Below, one piece after another: positions 38,918-47,892 of a DNA stretch of 64,000 nt. The stretch spans positions 88,721 to 152,720 of the forward strand of contig CBDESZ010000031.1 in assembly GCA_965242725.1 (NCBI GenBank). The letters run 5' to 3'. This stretch comes from Alkalispirochaeta sp. Lineage in GTDB: Bacteria; Spirochaetota; Spirochaetia; DSM-27196; Alkalispirochaetaceae. How positions within the stretch are numbered: position 1 is the stretch's first letter; every line of letters starts with the position of its first letter. A program made the translations under genes and the position numbers. The notes under the pieces are model-generated. The model was not told the origin of the DNA. It saw only the letters and a program-made list of their open reading frames with translations, and ran no database searches.

Positions 38918-39383
38918 ACCTCCTTACGACGATCCGGGCGCCTTCCACGGCGGTCACCACGACGGGTGTCCCGGATTCCAGAAACTCACCGGCTGTCACG
39001 ACACTCACCCGGCTTCCGGAGAAATCGGCGGTGCCGCCTGGATGCAGAGTCGTCAGCGACCTGCCCGTGGCACCTACACTGACGGCGTTGTCTTCTACTC
39101 CCGGTGATGTGGACTGATCCGTTGCGAGAATCATTCGTCTGCCGAAGAAACTTCTCGGAAATCGCCGGAAGCCGCCAAACACCACCGTCGGTACCACCAC
39201 AAGGGCGGCAAGAAGGAGCACCGTTCCCCATGGTTCGGGATGAGACCGGAAACCGTGAACCACCGCGCCGACCACCGTCGCCAGACCGGCGACGCCGACG
39301 ATGCCGAAGGCGGGGATGAAAAACTCCCCGAGAATCGCGACGGCGCCGACTACAATCAGCACAAAGAGTCCCCAGATCGGCAC
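38901..39383 (-). CDS. Short NfeD-family protein (TM + OB fold)
   Basis: [10 protein letters not shown] region; TTLHPGG...VVTAGEFL...VEGARIVVR. Confidence 0.85.
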   Translation of the reverse strand: MPIWGLFVLIVVGAVAILGEFFIPAFGIVGVAGLATVVGAVVHGFRSHPEPWGTVLLLAALVVVPTVVFGGFRRFPRSFFGRRMILATDQSTSPGVEDNAVSVGATGRSLTTLHPGGTADFSGSRVSVVTAGEFLESGTPVVVTAVEGARIVVRRYEDGS

Positions 39384-39384
39384 A

Positions 39385-40893
39385 CTACACCTCCCGTACC
39401 ACCATACGGTTGCCGTCGAGACGGACGACGCGCACTGCCGTACCGGCGGCGATGTATCCCCCTTCGCTCTCCGCAGGAAGTACCTCATTGTCCAGACGCA
39501 CCTTCCCCGACGGCCGCAGCGTCGTCTCGGTGACGCCTTCCCGATTGATATAGCGTTCCACCATCGTTGAAGCCTGAACGGTGAAACCCTCGGTGGTCTC
39601 CTGCGTATTTGAGAGGGTGAGACGGGAGAAGAGCGTGGTATTTTTTACCGCAATCGCCAGACCGAAGGAGGCGACCACCGCCGTCACCACCGTACCGCCT
39701 ACAATGAGAATATTTCGTGCCAATATGTCCCACTGGTAGTCGGACTCGGGAATAATAAATCGCTGGAGTGACAGGACCAGGGCGATTCCCATGGCGAGGA
39801 GCCCGGTTACTCCCGCCACGCCGAAACCTGGGATGACAAAGAGTTCGAAAATAAGCAGTCCCACCCCCAGGACGAAGAGAATGATCTCCAGGGAGCCGAC
39901 GCGTCCGAGAAGAAGGTTTGAGGCGAAGAGGGTCGCAAATGCCGTGAGTGCCACCGCACCGGGCAGGCCGAAACCGGGACTGGTGATTTCAAGGAAGAGC
40001 GCCAGAAGCCCGGTAAGAATCAGAATGGTGGTAAAACCGGTACCCGTCAAAAGCGATACCACTCCATCCATTGACGACGCCTCAAAGCGCTCGAGACCGG
40101 TAACACCCAAACTGTCGGTGAGTTCCCGAATCGACCGGGGCGTTCCCCGGGAGATGCCGTAGCGCTCCATTTCTCCCGCGGTAAGGGTCAGGAGACTTCC
40201 TTCACGGGATACCGTCTCCAGTACGGTGATTGACCGCTCATTCCGCGCCGCCACCGCATCCGCTTCCTCCCTCGTCAAAAGGAGCACCTCCCCATCCACA
40301 TCCGCCGCGACGACGACGATCGATGCGTCCACCATCGCCCGGGCAACGGCGGGTGGATGGCCGTTCCGTTCCGCCAGCGCCGCCATCTGACCGCGTACGG
40401 CGCTCACCGTCTTTTCCCCCGCCGGTTCCGACCCCTGGGGCCCCTGAAGAACCGGCGCCGCCGCCCCGATGGAGGTGCCCGGAGCCATGTATATTTCATT
40501 GGCTGCCAGCGCAATCAGGGCGCCTGCGGACCAGCTGACACCGCGGGTATCGGGCGCGTTACCGACATAGGCGACCGTTGTAACAGCGCCGGCGGAGCCC
40601 AGTATTCCCGCGATTTCCAGCGCCGCATCCACCCGTCCACCGAAGGTATCGATATCGATAACGAAATGGCTGAATCCGCCCGTAACGGCGCGGTCCGTCG
40701 CCCGCTGAACCATTACCGTCTGGAATCGGTCTATGGGGCCGTGGATCGGCAGGAGCAACGCCTCCTGGGCCGCAATCGCCGTCGCAGGGATGAGAAACGC
40801 AGAAAGGACGGGGAGGAGCAGGGTAACGATACGAGCGTACCGGTGGCGCCTTCTCAGGGGAACGGATCTGTCACCACCGCCTTTTGCAGCCAT
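39385..40893 (-). CDS. Long NfeD-family membrane protease (ClpP-like domain + TM + OB fold)
   Basis: IDTFGGRVD, WSAGALIA, IGAAAPV, TTLRPSGKV. Confidence 0.9.
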   Translation of the reverse strand: MAAKGGGDRSVPLRRRHRYARIVTLLLPVLSAFLIPATAIAAQEALLLPIHGPIDRFQTVMVQRATDRAVTGGFSHFVIDIDTFGGRVDAALEIAGILGSAGAVTTVAYVGNAPDTRGVSWSAGALIALAANEIYMAPGTSIGAAAPVLQGPQGSEPAGEKTVSAVRGQMAALAERNGHPPAVARAMVDASIVVVAADVDGEVLLLTREEADAVAARNERSITVLETVSREGSLLTLTAGEMERYGISRGTPRSIRELTDSLGVTGLERFEASSMDGVVSLLTGTGFTTILILTGLLALFLEITSPGFGLPGAVALTAFATLFASNLLLGRVGSLEIILFVLGVGLLIFELFVIPGFGVAGVTGLLAMGIALVLSLQRFIIPESDYQWDILARNILIVGGTVVTAVVASFGLAIAVKNTTLFSRLTLSNTQETTEGFTVQASTMVERYINREGVTETTLRPSGKVRLDNEVLPAESEGGYIAAGTAVRVVRLDGNRMVVREV

Positions 40894-41164
40894 CGCACCT
40901 TACAATATGGCGTATTTTTTTCGCGTCGTGTAGGACGATTCCGTGAATCGGTGCTGAACCGCTCGTGCGGCGGACATGACTCAATCGTCGGCATTTGTTT
41001 TCCCGATCAAAAAAGGTCGAACGCGAGGCGTCGCAGCAGGCCCGGACGACCGCAACCGTGCAGCCGCTCCCGATCCAATGAGATAGTTCCCAAAAGGGTA
41101 ACCGTGATACCATAACGGTGCATCGCGCCGTCGACGCGCATGGAAATACAGCACGGGAGACCGC

Positions 41165-43549
41165 ATGGCACTCAAAAAATCACAACTTTACAGCTCCCTC
41201 TGGGCCAGCTGCGACGAACTTCGCGGCGGCATGGACGCTTCCCAGTACAAGGACTACATCCTCACGCTGCTCTTCATGAAGTACGTTACCGACAAGGCGG
41301 CGGTGGACCCGACCTTCCTGATCGACGTACCTGAGGGCGGCAGCTTTGATGACATGGTCAGACTCCGGGGCAAGACCAACATCGGTGAGGGGATCAACAC
41401 GATTGTCGCCCGTCTCGCCGAGGCCAACGACCTCAAGGGTGTCATCGACCAGGCGGACTTTGACGACGCCGGTAAGCTTGGCAGCGGTAAGGAGATGCAG
41501 GACCGCCTTTCCAAACTCATCGGCATCTTCGAGAACATCGACCTCCGTGCCAACCGCGCCGAGGGTGACGACCTTCTCGGCGACGCCTATGAGTACCTCA
41601 TGAAAAATTTTGCCACCGAGAGCGGCAAGAGCAAGGGGCAGTTCTACACCCCCGCCGAGGTCTCCCGGATCATGGCCAAGGTGATCGGCCTCGGCGCGCA
41701 TACCACCCCGCAGGAGACGATCTACGACATGGCCTGCGGCTCCGGCTCCCTCCTTCTCAAGGCCGCCGATGAGGCTTTCGGCAACATCACGATCTACGGC
41801 CAGGAGATGGATGTCGCCACCTGGGCGTTGGCGCGAATGAACATGATCCTTCACGGCCACCCGGACGCGGAACTCTGGCGGGATAACACGCTCGCCAATC
41901 CCCCGTTTTCCACCAAATCCTGGACAAGCGGCGTGGACCCCGTTCATGACCCCTTCAACCGGTTCGTCTACGGCGTACCTCCCGCCAAGAACGGCGACTA
42001 CGCCTTTCTCCTCCACATGCTTGCCTCCCTCAAGAGCACCGGCACCGGGGCGATCATCCTCCCCCACGGCGTCCTCTTCCGGGGCAACAAGGAGGCGGAT
42101 ATCCGCCGCAACCTCGTCACGCGCGGCTTCATCAAGGGGATCATCGGCCTCCCGGCCAACCTCTTCTTCGGAACCGGTATCCCCGCGGCGATCATCGTCC
42201 TGGACAAGAGCGAAGCGGCTTCCCGGGACACCGTCTTCATGATTGACGCCAGCAAGGGTTTCATTAAAGAGGGCCCCAAAAACCGCCTCCGCTCCCAGGA
42301 TATCCACCGCATTGTGGACACATTCACCAACGGTCGGGAGATTCAGCGCTATTCCCGTACCGTTCCCATCGCGGAGATCGCGGATTCCGCCAACGACTAC
42401 AATCTCAACATCCCGCGCTATATAGACTCCTCCGAGCCGGAGGACCTCCACGATCTCACCGGCCACCTCGCCGGCGGCATCCCCACCGTCGACGTCGACG
42501 GCCTCCAGCGCTACTGGCGCGTCATGCCGGGCCTGCGCAGTGCGCTATTTGAGCCCGGCCCTCGCCCCGGTTACAACACCGCCGTCGTCCCTCCCCGGGA
42601 GGTCACCGCCGCCATTACCGCCCACTCGGAGTTTGTCGCCTTCGCCGACCGCGTCCGCGCCGCCTCAGAAGCCTGGGCCACCGCCCACCGGCCCGCCCTC
42701 ACCGCGATCGCCGTCAACGACCGCCCCCGGGAGCTCATCGACGCCCTCTCGGAAGACCTCCTCACGCGCCTTGCGGACCTGCCTCTTCTGGACTCCTACG
42801 ACGCCTACCAGTGTCTCATGGACTACTGGGCACAGACGATGCAGGATGACGTCTACCTCATCGCCGCCGACGGCTGGGTCGCCGCCGCTCGTCCACGCCC
42901 CATCATTGAGGACAAGGAACGCAAGATCAAAGAGACCGCCGACCTCACCGTCGCCAAGAAGAAGTTCAAGATGGACCTCATCCCGCCGTCCCTGATCGAA
43001 GCGCGCTTCTTCGCCGACCGCGCCGCCCACCTCGCCCAACTCACCGCCGCCGCCGACACCGCCGAGGCGCACCTCACCGAATACGTGGAAGAGCACTCCG
43101 GTGACGAGGGGCTTCTCGCGGACGTCGTCAACGACAAGGGCAAGATCGTCAAAGGAGACCTTAACGCACGCCTCAAAGCCGTTTCAGACGATCCGGATTT
43201 TGAGGACGAACGCGAGGCGTTGCGCCGGGCCCAGACCCTCGCAAACCGTGCAGCCGCTACCGGCAGAGAGGTGAAGGAGGACCGAGCCACCCTGGACCGC
43301 ATGATTCTGGAGCGCTACGGAAAACTCACCGAGGAGGAGATCAAGAGCCTCGTCGTGGACGACAAGTGGCTGTCATCAATCGCCGCAGCGATCGACCGGG
43401 AGGTCCATCAGATCGCCCGTCGCCTTGCGGACCGCGTCAAGGACCTCACCGAGCGCTACGCGACGACGCTCCCCGAATTAGAAACGGAGGTGGAGACACT
43501 GAACGCCAGGGTTGAGGGCCACCTCAGGAAGATGGGGGTGGAATGGTGA
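41165..43549 (+). CDS. hsdM: Type I restriction-modification methyltransferase (apparent in-frame deletion before motif IV)
   Basis: LWASCDELRGGMDASQYKDY, GQFYTP, YDMACGSGS, NPPF, YNLNIPRYI. Confidence 0.95.
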   Translation: MALKKSQLYSSLWASCDELRGGMDASQYKDYILTLLFMKYVTDKAAVDPTFLIDVPEGGSFDDMVRLRGKTNIGEGINTIVARLAEANDLKGVIDQADFDDAGKLGSGKEMQDRLSKLIGIFENIDLRANRAEGDDLLGDAYEYLMKNFATESGKSKGQFYTPAEVSRIMAKVIGLGAHTTPQETIYDMACGSGSLLLKAADEAFGNITIYGQEMDVATWALARMNMILHGHPDAELWRDNTLANPPFSTKSWTSGVDPVHDPFNRFVYGVPPAKNGDYAFLLHMLASLKSTGTGAIILPHGVLFRGNKEADIRRNLVTRGFIKGIIGLPANLFFGTGIPAAIIVLDKSEAASRDTVFMIDASKGFIKEGPKNRLRSQDIHRIVDTFTNGREIQRYSRTVPIAEIADSANDYNLNIPRYIDSSEPEDLHDLTGHLAGGIPTVDVDGLQRYWRVMPGLRSALFEPGPRPGYNTAVVPPREVTAAITAHSEFVAFADRVRAASEAWATAHRPALTAIAVNDRPRELIDALSEDLLTRLADLPLLDSYDAYQCLMDYWAQTMQDDVYLIAADGWVAAARPRPIIEDKERKIKETADLTVAKKKFKMDLIPPSLIEARFFADRAAHLAQLTAAADTAEAHLTEYVEEHSGDEGLLADVVNDKGKIVKGDLNARLKAVSDDPDFEDEREALRRAQTLANRAAATGREVKEDRATLDRMILERYGKLTEEEIKSLVVDDKWLSSIAAAIDREVHQIARRLADRVKDLTERYATTLPELETEVETLNARVEGHLRKMGVEW

Positions 43550-43678
43550 GTCTTATGCACGGGGCGCTTCATTATGGAGATGGAGCGCGGGTCATACGTA
43601 AGCGGTTCCATAATAAGGAGCTGGTGACGGGGCCATATTTCCGGCTGGATATAACAAGGAAGAGGAAAGGGGCGTCGT

Positions 43679-44917
43679 ATGAGCGGTGAGCGACAGCACG
43701 AGACCTTTCCGCCGGGATACAAAATGACCGAAGTGGGGGTGATTCCGGAGGATTGGGGGGTGCGAAAGGTCGCGGACTTGGCCAAATTTCGTTCTGGTGA
43801 GTCCATCTCCCTTGTCGCCTATTCGCACCGTCCCAACGACGGGACGATCCCGGTTTTCGGAGGGAACGGTCATTCAGGTTTTGCTGACCGCAACAACGCA
43901 TCAGATCCAACGATCGTTATTGGTCGTGTTGGTCAGAAATGCGGCGTTGTCTACCAAACAACCGGGCCAGTCTGGATAACTGACAATGCGTTGTATGCAT
44001 ACCAGCTGAGTGGGTCGGTATCACTCGATTTCTTTTCGCGCGCCCTCGAATCATATCGACTCAATGACGATCGCAACAGGAATGATCTGCCGCTCATAAC
44101 TCAAGGAATTCTCGGCGCCGTACCTATTCCCATACCACCTCTCCCCGAACAACGCGCCATCGCCGATGCGTTCTCCGACGTGGACAGCCTCCTCTTCGCC
44201 CTGGACCGGCTCATCGCCAAGAAACGTGCCGTCAAGCAAGCCGTCATGCAGCAGCTCCTCACCGGAAAAACCCGCCTGCCCGGTTTTGCAGGGGAGTGGG
44301 AGGAGACTCAGATAGGAGAAAAAGTTTCATTTCTTTCGGGAGGAACCCCGCCCAAAGGAGATGATACCTTCTGGACCGGTCCGATACCCTGGATTAGTGC
44401 GTCAACTCTCAAAAAAGCAGAGGTAAACGACTCGGATCAACACATAACGAAGAACGCAGCCGCGAAATACAGCCAAATGGCTCCTCTTGATAGTACACTT
44501 GTGCTTGTTCGCGGAAGCGCGCTGTACCACCATTTCCGTGCGGGCTTGGTCGTGAAACCAGTGGCTTTCAATCAAGACGTAAAGGCGTTGATTCCCGACA
44601 AGAGTCTTTTCCCTCAATTCCTTACCTACGCTTTGCTCGCGCAATCAAACAAACTTCTCGGTCTGGTCACCTCTGCAACGAACTCGGCAGGCGTATTGGA
44701 TACGAAGGTACTGAAAGCTCTCGAGATCCTTGTTCCTCCTATACCAGAACAGCGCGCTATCGCCGAGGTTCTCTCCGATATGGACAACGAGATTACCGCC
44801 CTTGAGAAACGTCGTGACAAGACGCGGCAAATTAAAGAGGGGATGATGCAGCAGCTGCTGACGGGGCGGGTTCGGCTGGTGCCTCCCGCCGGTACACGCG
44901 ATCAGGGGGCTATATAA
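43679..44917 (+). CDS. hsdS: Type I restriction-modification specificity subunit
   Basis: GVIPEDW, two PPxPEQRAIA conserved regions, MQQLLTG twice. Confidence 0.95.
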   Translation: MSGERQHETFPPGYKMTEVGVIPEDWGVRKVADLAKFRSGESISLVAYSHRPNDGTIPVFGGNGHSGFADRNNASDPTIVIGRVGQKCGVVYQTTGPVWITDNALYAYQLSGSVSLDFFSRALESYRLNDDRNRNDLPLITQGILGAVPIPIPPLPEQRAIADAFSDVDSLLFALDRLIAKKRAVKQAVMQQLLTGKTRLPGFAGEWEETQIGEKVSFLSGGTPPKGDDTFWTGPIPWISASTLKKAEVNDSDQHITKNAAAKYSQMAPLDSTLVLVRGSALYHHFRAGLVVKPVAFNQDVKALIPDKSLFPQFLTYALLAQSNKLLGLVTSATNSAGVLDTKVLKALEILVPPIPEQRAIAEVLSDMDNEITALEKRRDKTRQIKEGMMQQLLTGRVRLVPPAGTRDQGAI

Positions 44918-45843
44918 TGAGCAACTACTACCGTGTCATGCTGGGAAAAGGCGGCATGTACCTCGATCAGTGTCTCGCGGAAAACGTGATCGGGGTCTAT
45001 GGTCTAAACAGGGACGTGAGCGGTTACCTCTCTGAGGATTACCGCGACTTCAACCGTGAGTTCATCCCCCAGTACCGGTCCGAAAACCCCGACAAGACAA
45101 AGATCGCAGCGGGTCTGGCGTGTGGGGCGATCTGGACGATGGGCAAGGGTATCCAGACAGGCGACGTCGTCTTCTGCCCCGACGGAAACGGCCGGTATTG
45201 CATCGCCGACGTGGTCGGAGATTACGCGTACAACCCCGACTTCGTTCTCCCTCATCAACGGCCGGTGGTCTGGCGTGATCAGATTATCGAACGTAGTGAG
45301 ATGAGCGAAGCCTTCCGAAATTCCACCGGAAGCCTCGTCTCCGTCGTCAATCTGGAGAAGTACGCGGGGGAGATCGAGTCCGTTCTCACCGGAGGAGTCC
45401 ACCAACCTGCGATTGTTGTGACCGAGGAGGGCGTAGAAGATCCCGTCACCTTTGCGATGGAGTCCCATCTCGAAGAGTTTCTGGTCCGTAATTGGAGCGC
45501 GACCGCCTTTGGTCAGGACTTTGACATCTACACCGAGGATGGTGAAGTCAGAGGACAACAGTACCCCACCGATACCGGCCCCCTGGACATCCTGGCGGTG
45601 AGTAAGGATAGGGCACGCCTCCTGGTGGTGGAACTCAAACGCGGTCGTGCAAGTGATGTCGTCGTAGGACAGATTTTGCGTTATATGGGCTACATCCAGG
45701 ATGCTGTCACTGAGCCCCATCAGACGGTGGAAGGCGTAATAGTCGCGTCGGAACCTGACGAGCGTATACGCCGGGCTCTCCAGATGGTGCCCGCCGTTCG
45801 ATTTGTCCGTTATGAGATCGATTTTCGATTGGTGGAAGAATAG
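44917..45843 (+). CDS. PD-(D/E)xK endonuclease (NucS/DUF91-like C-terminus) with N-terminal putative DNA-reader domain
   Basis: ESHLEEFL...LDILA...VVELKRG...GQILRYMG; TAATG coupling to hsdS. Confidence 0.85.
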   Translation: MSNYYRVMLGKGGMYLDQCLAENVIGVYGLNRDVSGYLSEDYRDFNREFIPQYRSENPDKTKIAAGLACGAIWTMGKGIQTGDVVFCPDGNGRYCIADVVGDYAYNPDFVLPHQRPVVWRDQIIERSEMSEAFRNSTGSLVSVVNLEKYAGEIESVLTGGVHQPAIVVTEEGVEDPVTFAMESHLEEFLVRNWSATAFGQDFDIYTEDGEVRGQQYPTDTGPLDILAVSKDRARLLVVELKRGRASDVVVGQILRYMGYIQDAVTEPHQTVEGVIVASEPDERIRRALQMVPAVRFVRYEIDFRLVEE

Positions 45844-45927
45844 AAGCGATCCATATGAATGAGATGCGGCGGCGCGAAGGTCCGAGGCTTTCTCGATTGT
45901 ATAACATTGAGCCGCCCGAAATTCTGC

Positions 45928-46686
45928 TCAAACATACATTGCTTCAAGCTCCTGAATAACTTCTTCCTGTGTCCGTGTTGTGATTCCCATAGCAGCCATG
46001 GCTATCGGTTCACTGCGGAGTATTTTCAGCGCATGAACCATATCGCCTTTGATCCTTTCTGACAGCCGAACAGTTTGGCCAGGTTCGAGTATGGTGAAGA
46101 GACGGAAGATATCGTTCCGGTGCTTCTTTATCTGGGTGCTGCTTACATGTGATCCCGATTCATTTCGTGCCCGGAGATTCATCCAGGCTTGCGCCTTGAG
46201 GACGATTAAGTGACTCGCCGCGACGATTGGAACGCCATTTATCTCGATAGTCCCTGCCCGCAGAAAACGAAAAGACTCCTCGTCAAGTAAAATGGCCGAA
46301 AGACTGGAAATCTCAGGATCATCAACCGGGAGCGGAACGGTTTCGCCTTGAATGTGCTCACCCTCGAGATACTCCGGTCTTCGAGAAAAAAGTTCAATCA
46401 TGTGGGGAAACACGGAACTCGACGGTCGTTCAAACCGATACGCCCGTGGCTTTGTTGAGGTTTTCTGCTTCCTTGTGTATCCCCCTTGGCGGATGTAGTC
46501 CCAGAAATGTCGGGCGAACTCAGGTTCTACTGCATCGACCATGAGGACGACGTCCAGATCCTTCGTTGCTCGAAACGACAGCCCCGCCTCGTCGAGAATA
46601 AGATCACACGCAGTCCCCCCGATTACTACGTAATGATCCTTGTACGGGCTGAACCAATCTCGAAAGTGTTCTAATCCTCTTACCAT
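45928..46686 (-). CDS. Nucleotidyltransferase-like protein (AbiEii/type IV toxin-like)
   Basis: IGGTAC...RATKDLDVV, LKAQAW, KKHRNDI. Confidence 0.7.
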   Translation of the reverse strand: MVRGLEHFRDWFSPYKDHYVVIGGTACDLILDEAGLSFRATKDLDVVLMVDAVEPEFARHFWDYIRQGGYTRKQKTSTKPRAYRFERPSSSVFPHMIELFSRRPEYLEGEHIQGETVPLPVDDPEISSLSAILLDEESFRFLRAGTIEINGVPIVAASHLIVLKAQAWMNLRARNESGSHVSSTQIKKHRNDIFRLFTILEPGQTVRLSERIKGDMVHALKILRSEPIAMAAMGITTRTQEEVIQELEAMYV

Positions 46687-47663
46687 GGGAAGCGCTCCAG
46701 CAGGCGTTCCAGTGCTCCCTGGATCCGTTCATCCGGTGATTCTCGCAGAGAGAGATAGAGCGATAGAGGATCAACGGTTTCACCCCACCTTTTAGGTGAG
46801 TATTTCCACACTTCCACTACTGTTGCGATTTCCTCCGTCGGAGGGACCTCTTCCAGGGCACTTTCGTGGTGTATACGTCTCCACTGATCCTCGTCGACCG
46901 CGACCGTTTTCCGGTTCGGTTCAGATAGGTCGCTCCGGTGAGCGAGGGCCGATATACCGGAAAGGGGGAGTTCTGATTCAGGCTCCTTGAGAAAGACAAT
47001 CGTTTCCGTCCGTTTTACCGGAGTTGAAAGATACGGTATTGCATGATTCCACAACGCATGACGATCAGCGCCCGACAGTCGGAGTAACCGCCTGCGTCCG
47101 GCGGTGATTTGGTCGCCAAAAGAGATAGATTCCAACTCCTTGAAGACCCGCGAGAGAGTCATCGTCGAGTATCCAAGCATTTCTGCAAGAAACGAAGGTG
47201 AGTATTCATCCTCACGAAAGTCGGGGGACAGGAGCGCAATGATAGTGCGCTGTGTAGCGGGTTGCACTGTTTGTACGTTGGGAGTCAACCTGCGGCTGTG
47301 CTCTCGGAAATCGATTCCAAGAGGGGCCAGGTACATCTGTTTCCCGGGGACGATGAATGATACTCCCCGTTGTACCAGCCGTTGTCGGTTATAGGCCGAG
47401 AGCGATGAGAAAATGACAATGGGTTCCAGGCCGGTGCGGTCACGTACGATCCCACTTTGTTTTGCGACCATTCCGGGGCTCGGCGGTTCAGGAGCACGTA
47501 CAATCATGAAGAGAACGTCACGACCGTGAATGGTACCCAGCCGATACTCGTACGGTTCTCGGAGATAGAGCGGTAACAACCTGTCGTCCTGCCATGGAGC
47601 AATAACGGGCTCCTCACCAAGATTTTCATGTATGTACCCGACAACCCGTTCTGCCACTGTCAT
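46680..47663 (-). CDS. Winged-HTH protein, putative antitoxin/regulator (AbiEi-like)
   Basis: RQRLVQRGVSFIVP, LAEMLGYSTMTLSRVFKEL HTH, SGISALA, VDPLSLYLSL, DERIQ; overlaps the NTase start. Confidence 0.7.
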   Translation of the reverse strand: MTVAERVVGYIHENLGEEPVIAPWQDDRLLPLYLREPYEYRLGTIHGRDVLFMIVRAPEPPSPGMVAKQSGIVRDRTGLEPIVIFSSLSAYNRQRLVQRGVSFIVPGKQMYLAPLGIDFREHSRRLTPNVQTVQPATQRTIIALLSPDFREDEYSPSFLAEMLGYSTMTLSRVFKELESISFGDQITAGRRRLLRLSGADRHALWNHAIPYLSTPVKRTETIVFLKEPESELPLSGISALAHRSDLSEPNRKTVAVDEDQWRRIHHESALEEVPPTEEIATVVEVWKYSPKRWGETVDPLSLYLSLRESPDERIQGALERLLERFPW

Positions 47664-47670
47664 TTCGTAT

Positions 47671-47713
47671 ATGATAACATACTTTTGCACAGTAACACAG
47701 TCAATGTTATCGT
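47671..47713 (-). promoter_or_regulatory. Promoter TTGACT-N17-TATGTT flanked by inverted repeat GATAACAT/ATGTTATC
   Basis: IR arms at 47673-47680 and 47704-47711; -35 at 47699-47704 and -10 at 47676-47681 (minus strand). Confidence 0.65.
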
Positions 47714-47892
47714 GCATAACCGCGTGATTTATGTTTGCCTTATGTTTCCATTGTCGTCTAATTGGTCCGGAACATAACGGTCATTTTCGCTCTGCTCCGA
47801 CGTTGTGCCCTGCCGAATCGGTTGCTATGATAGAGGTGTGCTTATTTTGGGAGATTTGGTATGAAAAGTGAAGAAATAAACTCAACAAGCTT

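Noticed and set aside
40900..41160. attL copy of the tRNA-Pro 3' end, or an integrase remnant
   Set aside because: No match to TCGGGCTGGGCGGATTTGAACC and no recombinase motif found by eye
43546..43690. Short GTG-started ORF between hsdM and hsdS
   Set aside because: About 47 codons with no recognisable motif; cannot be supported
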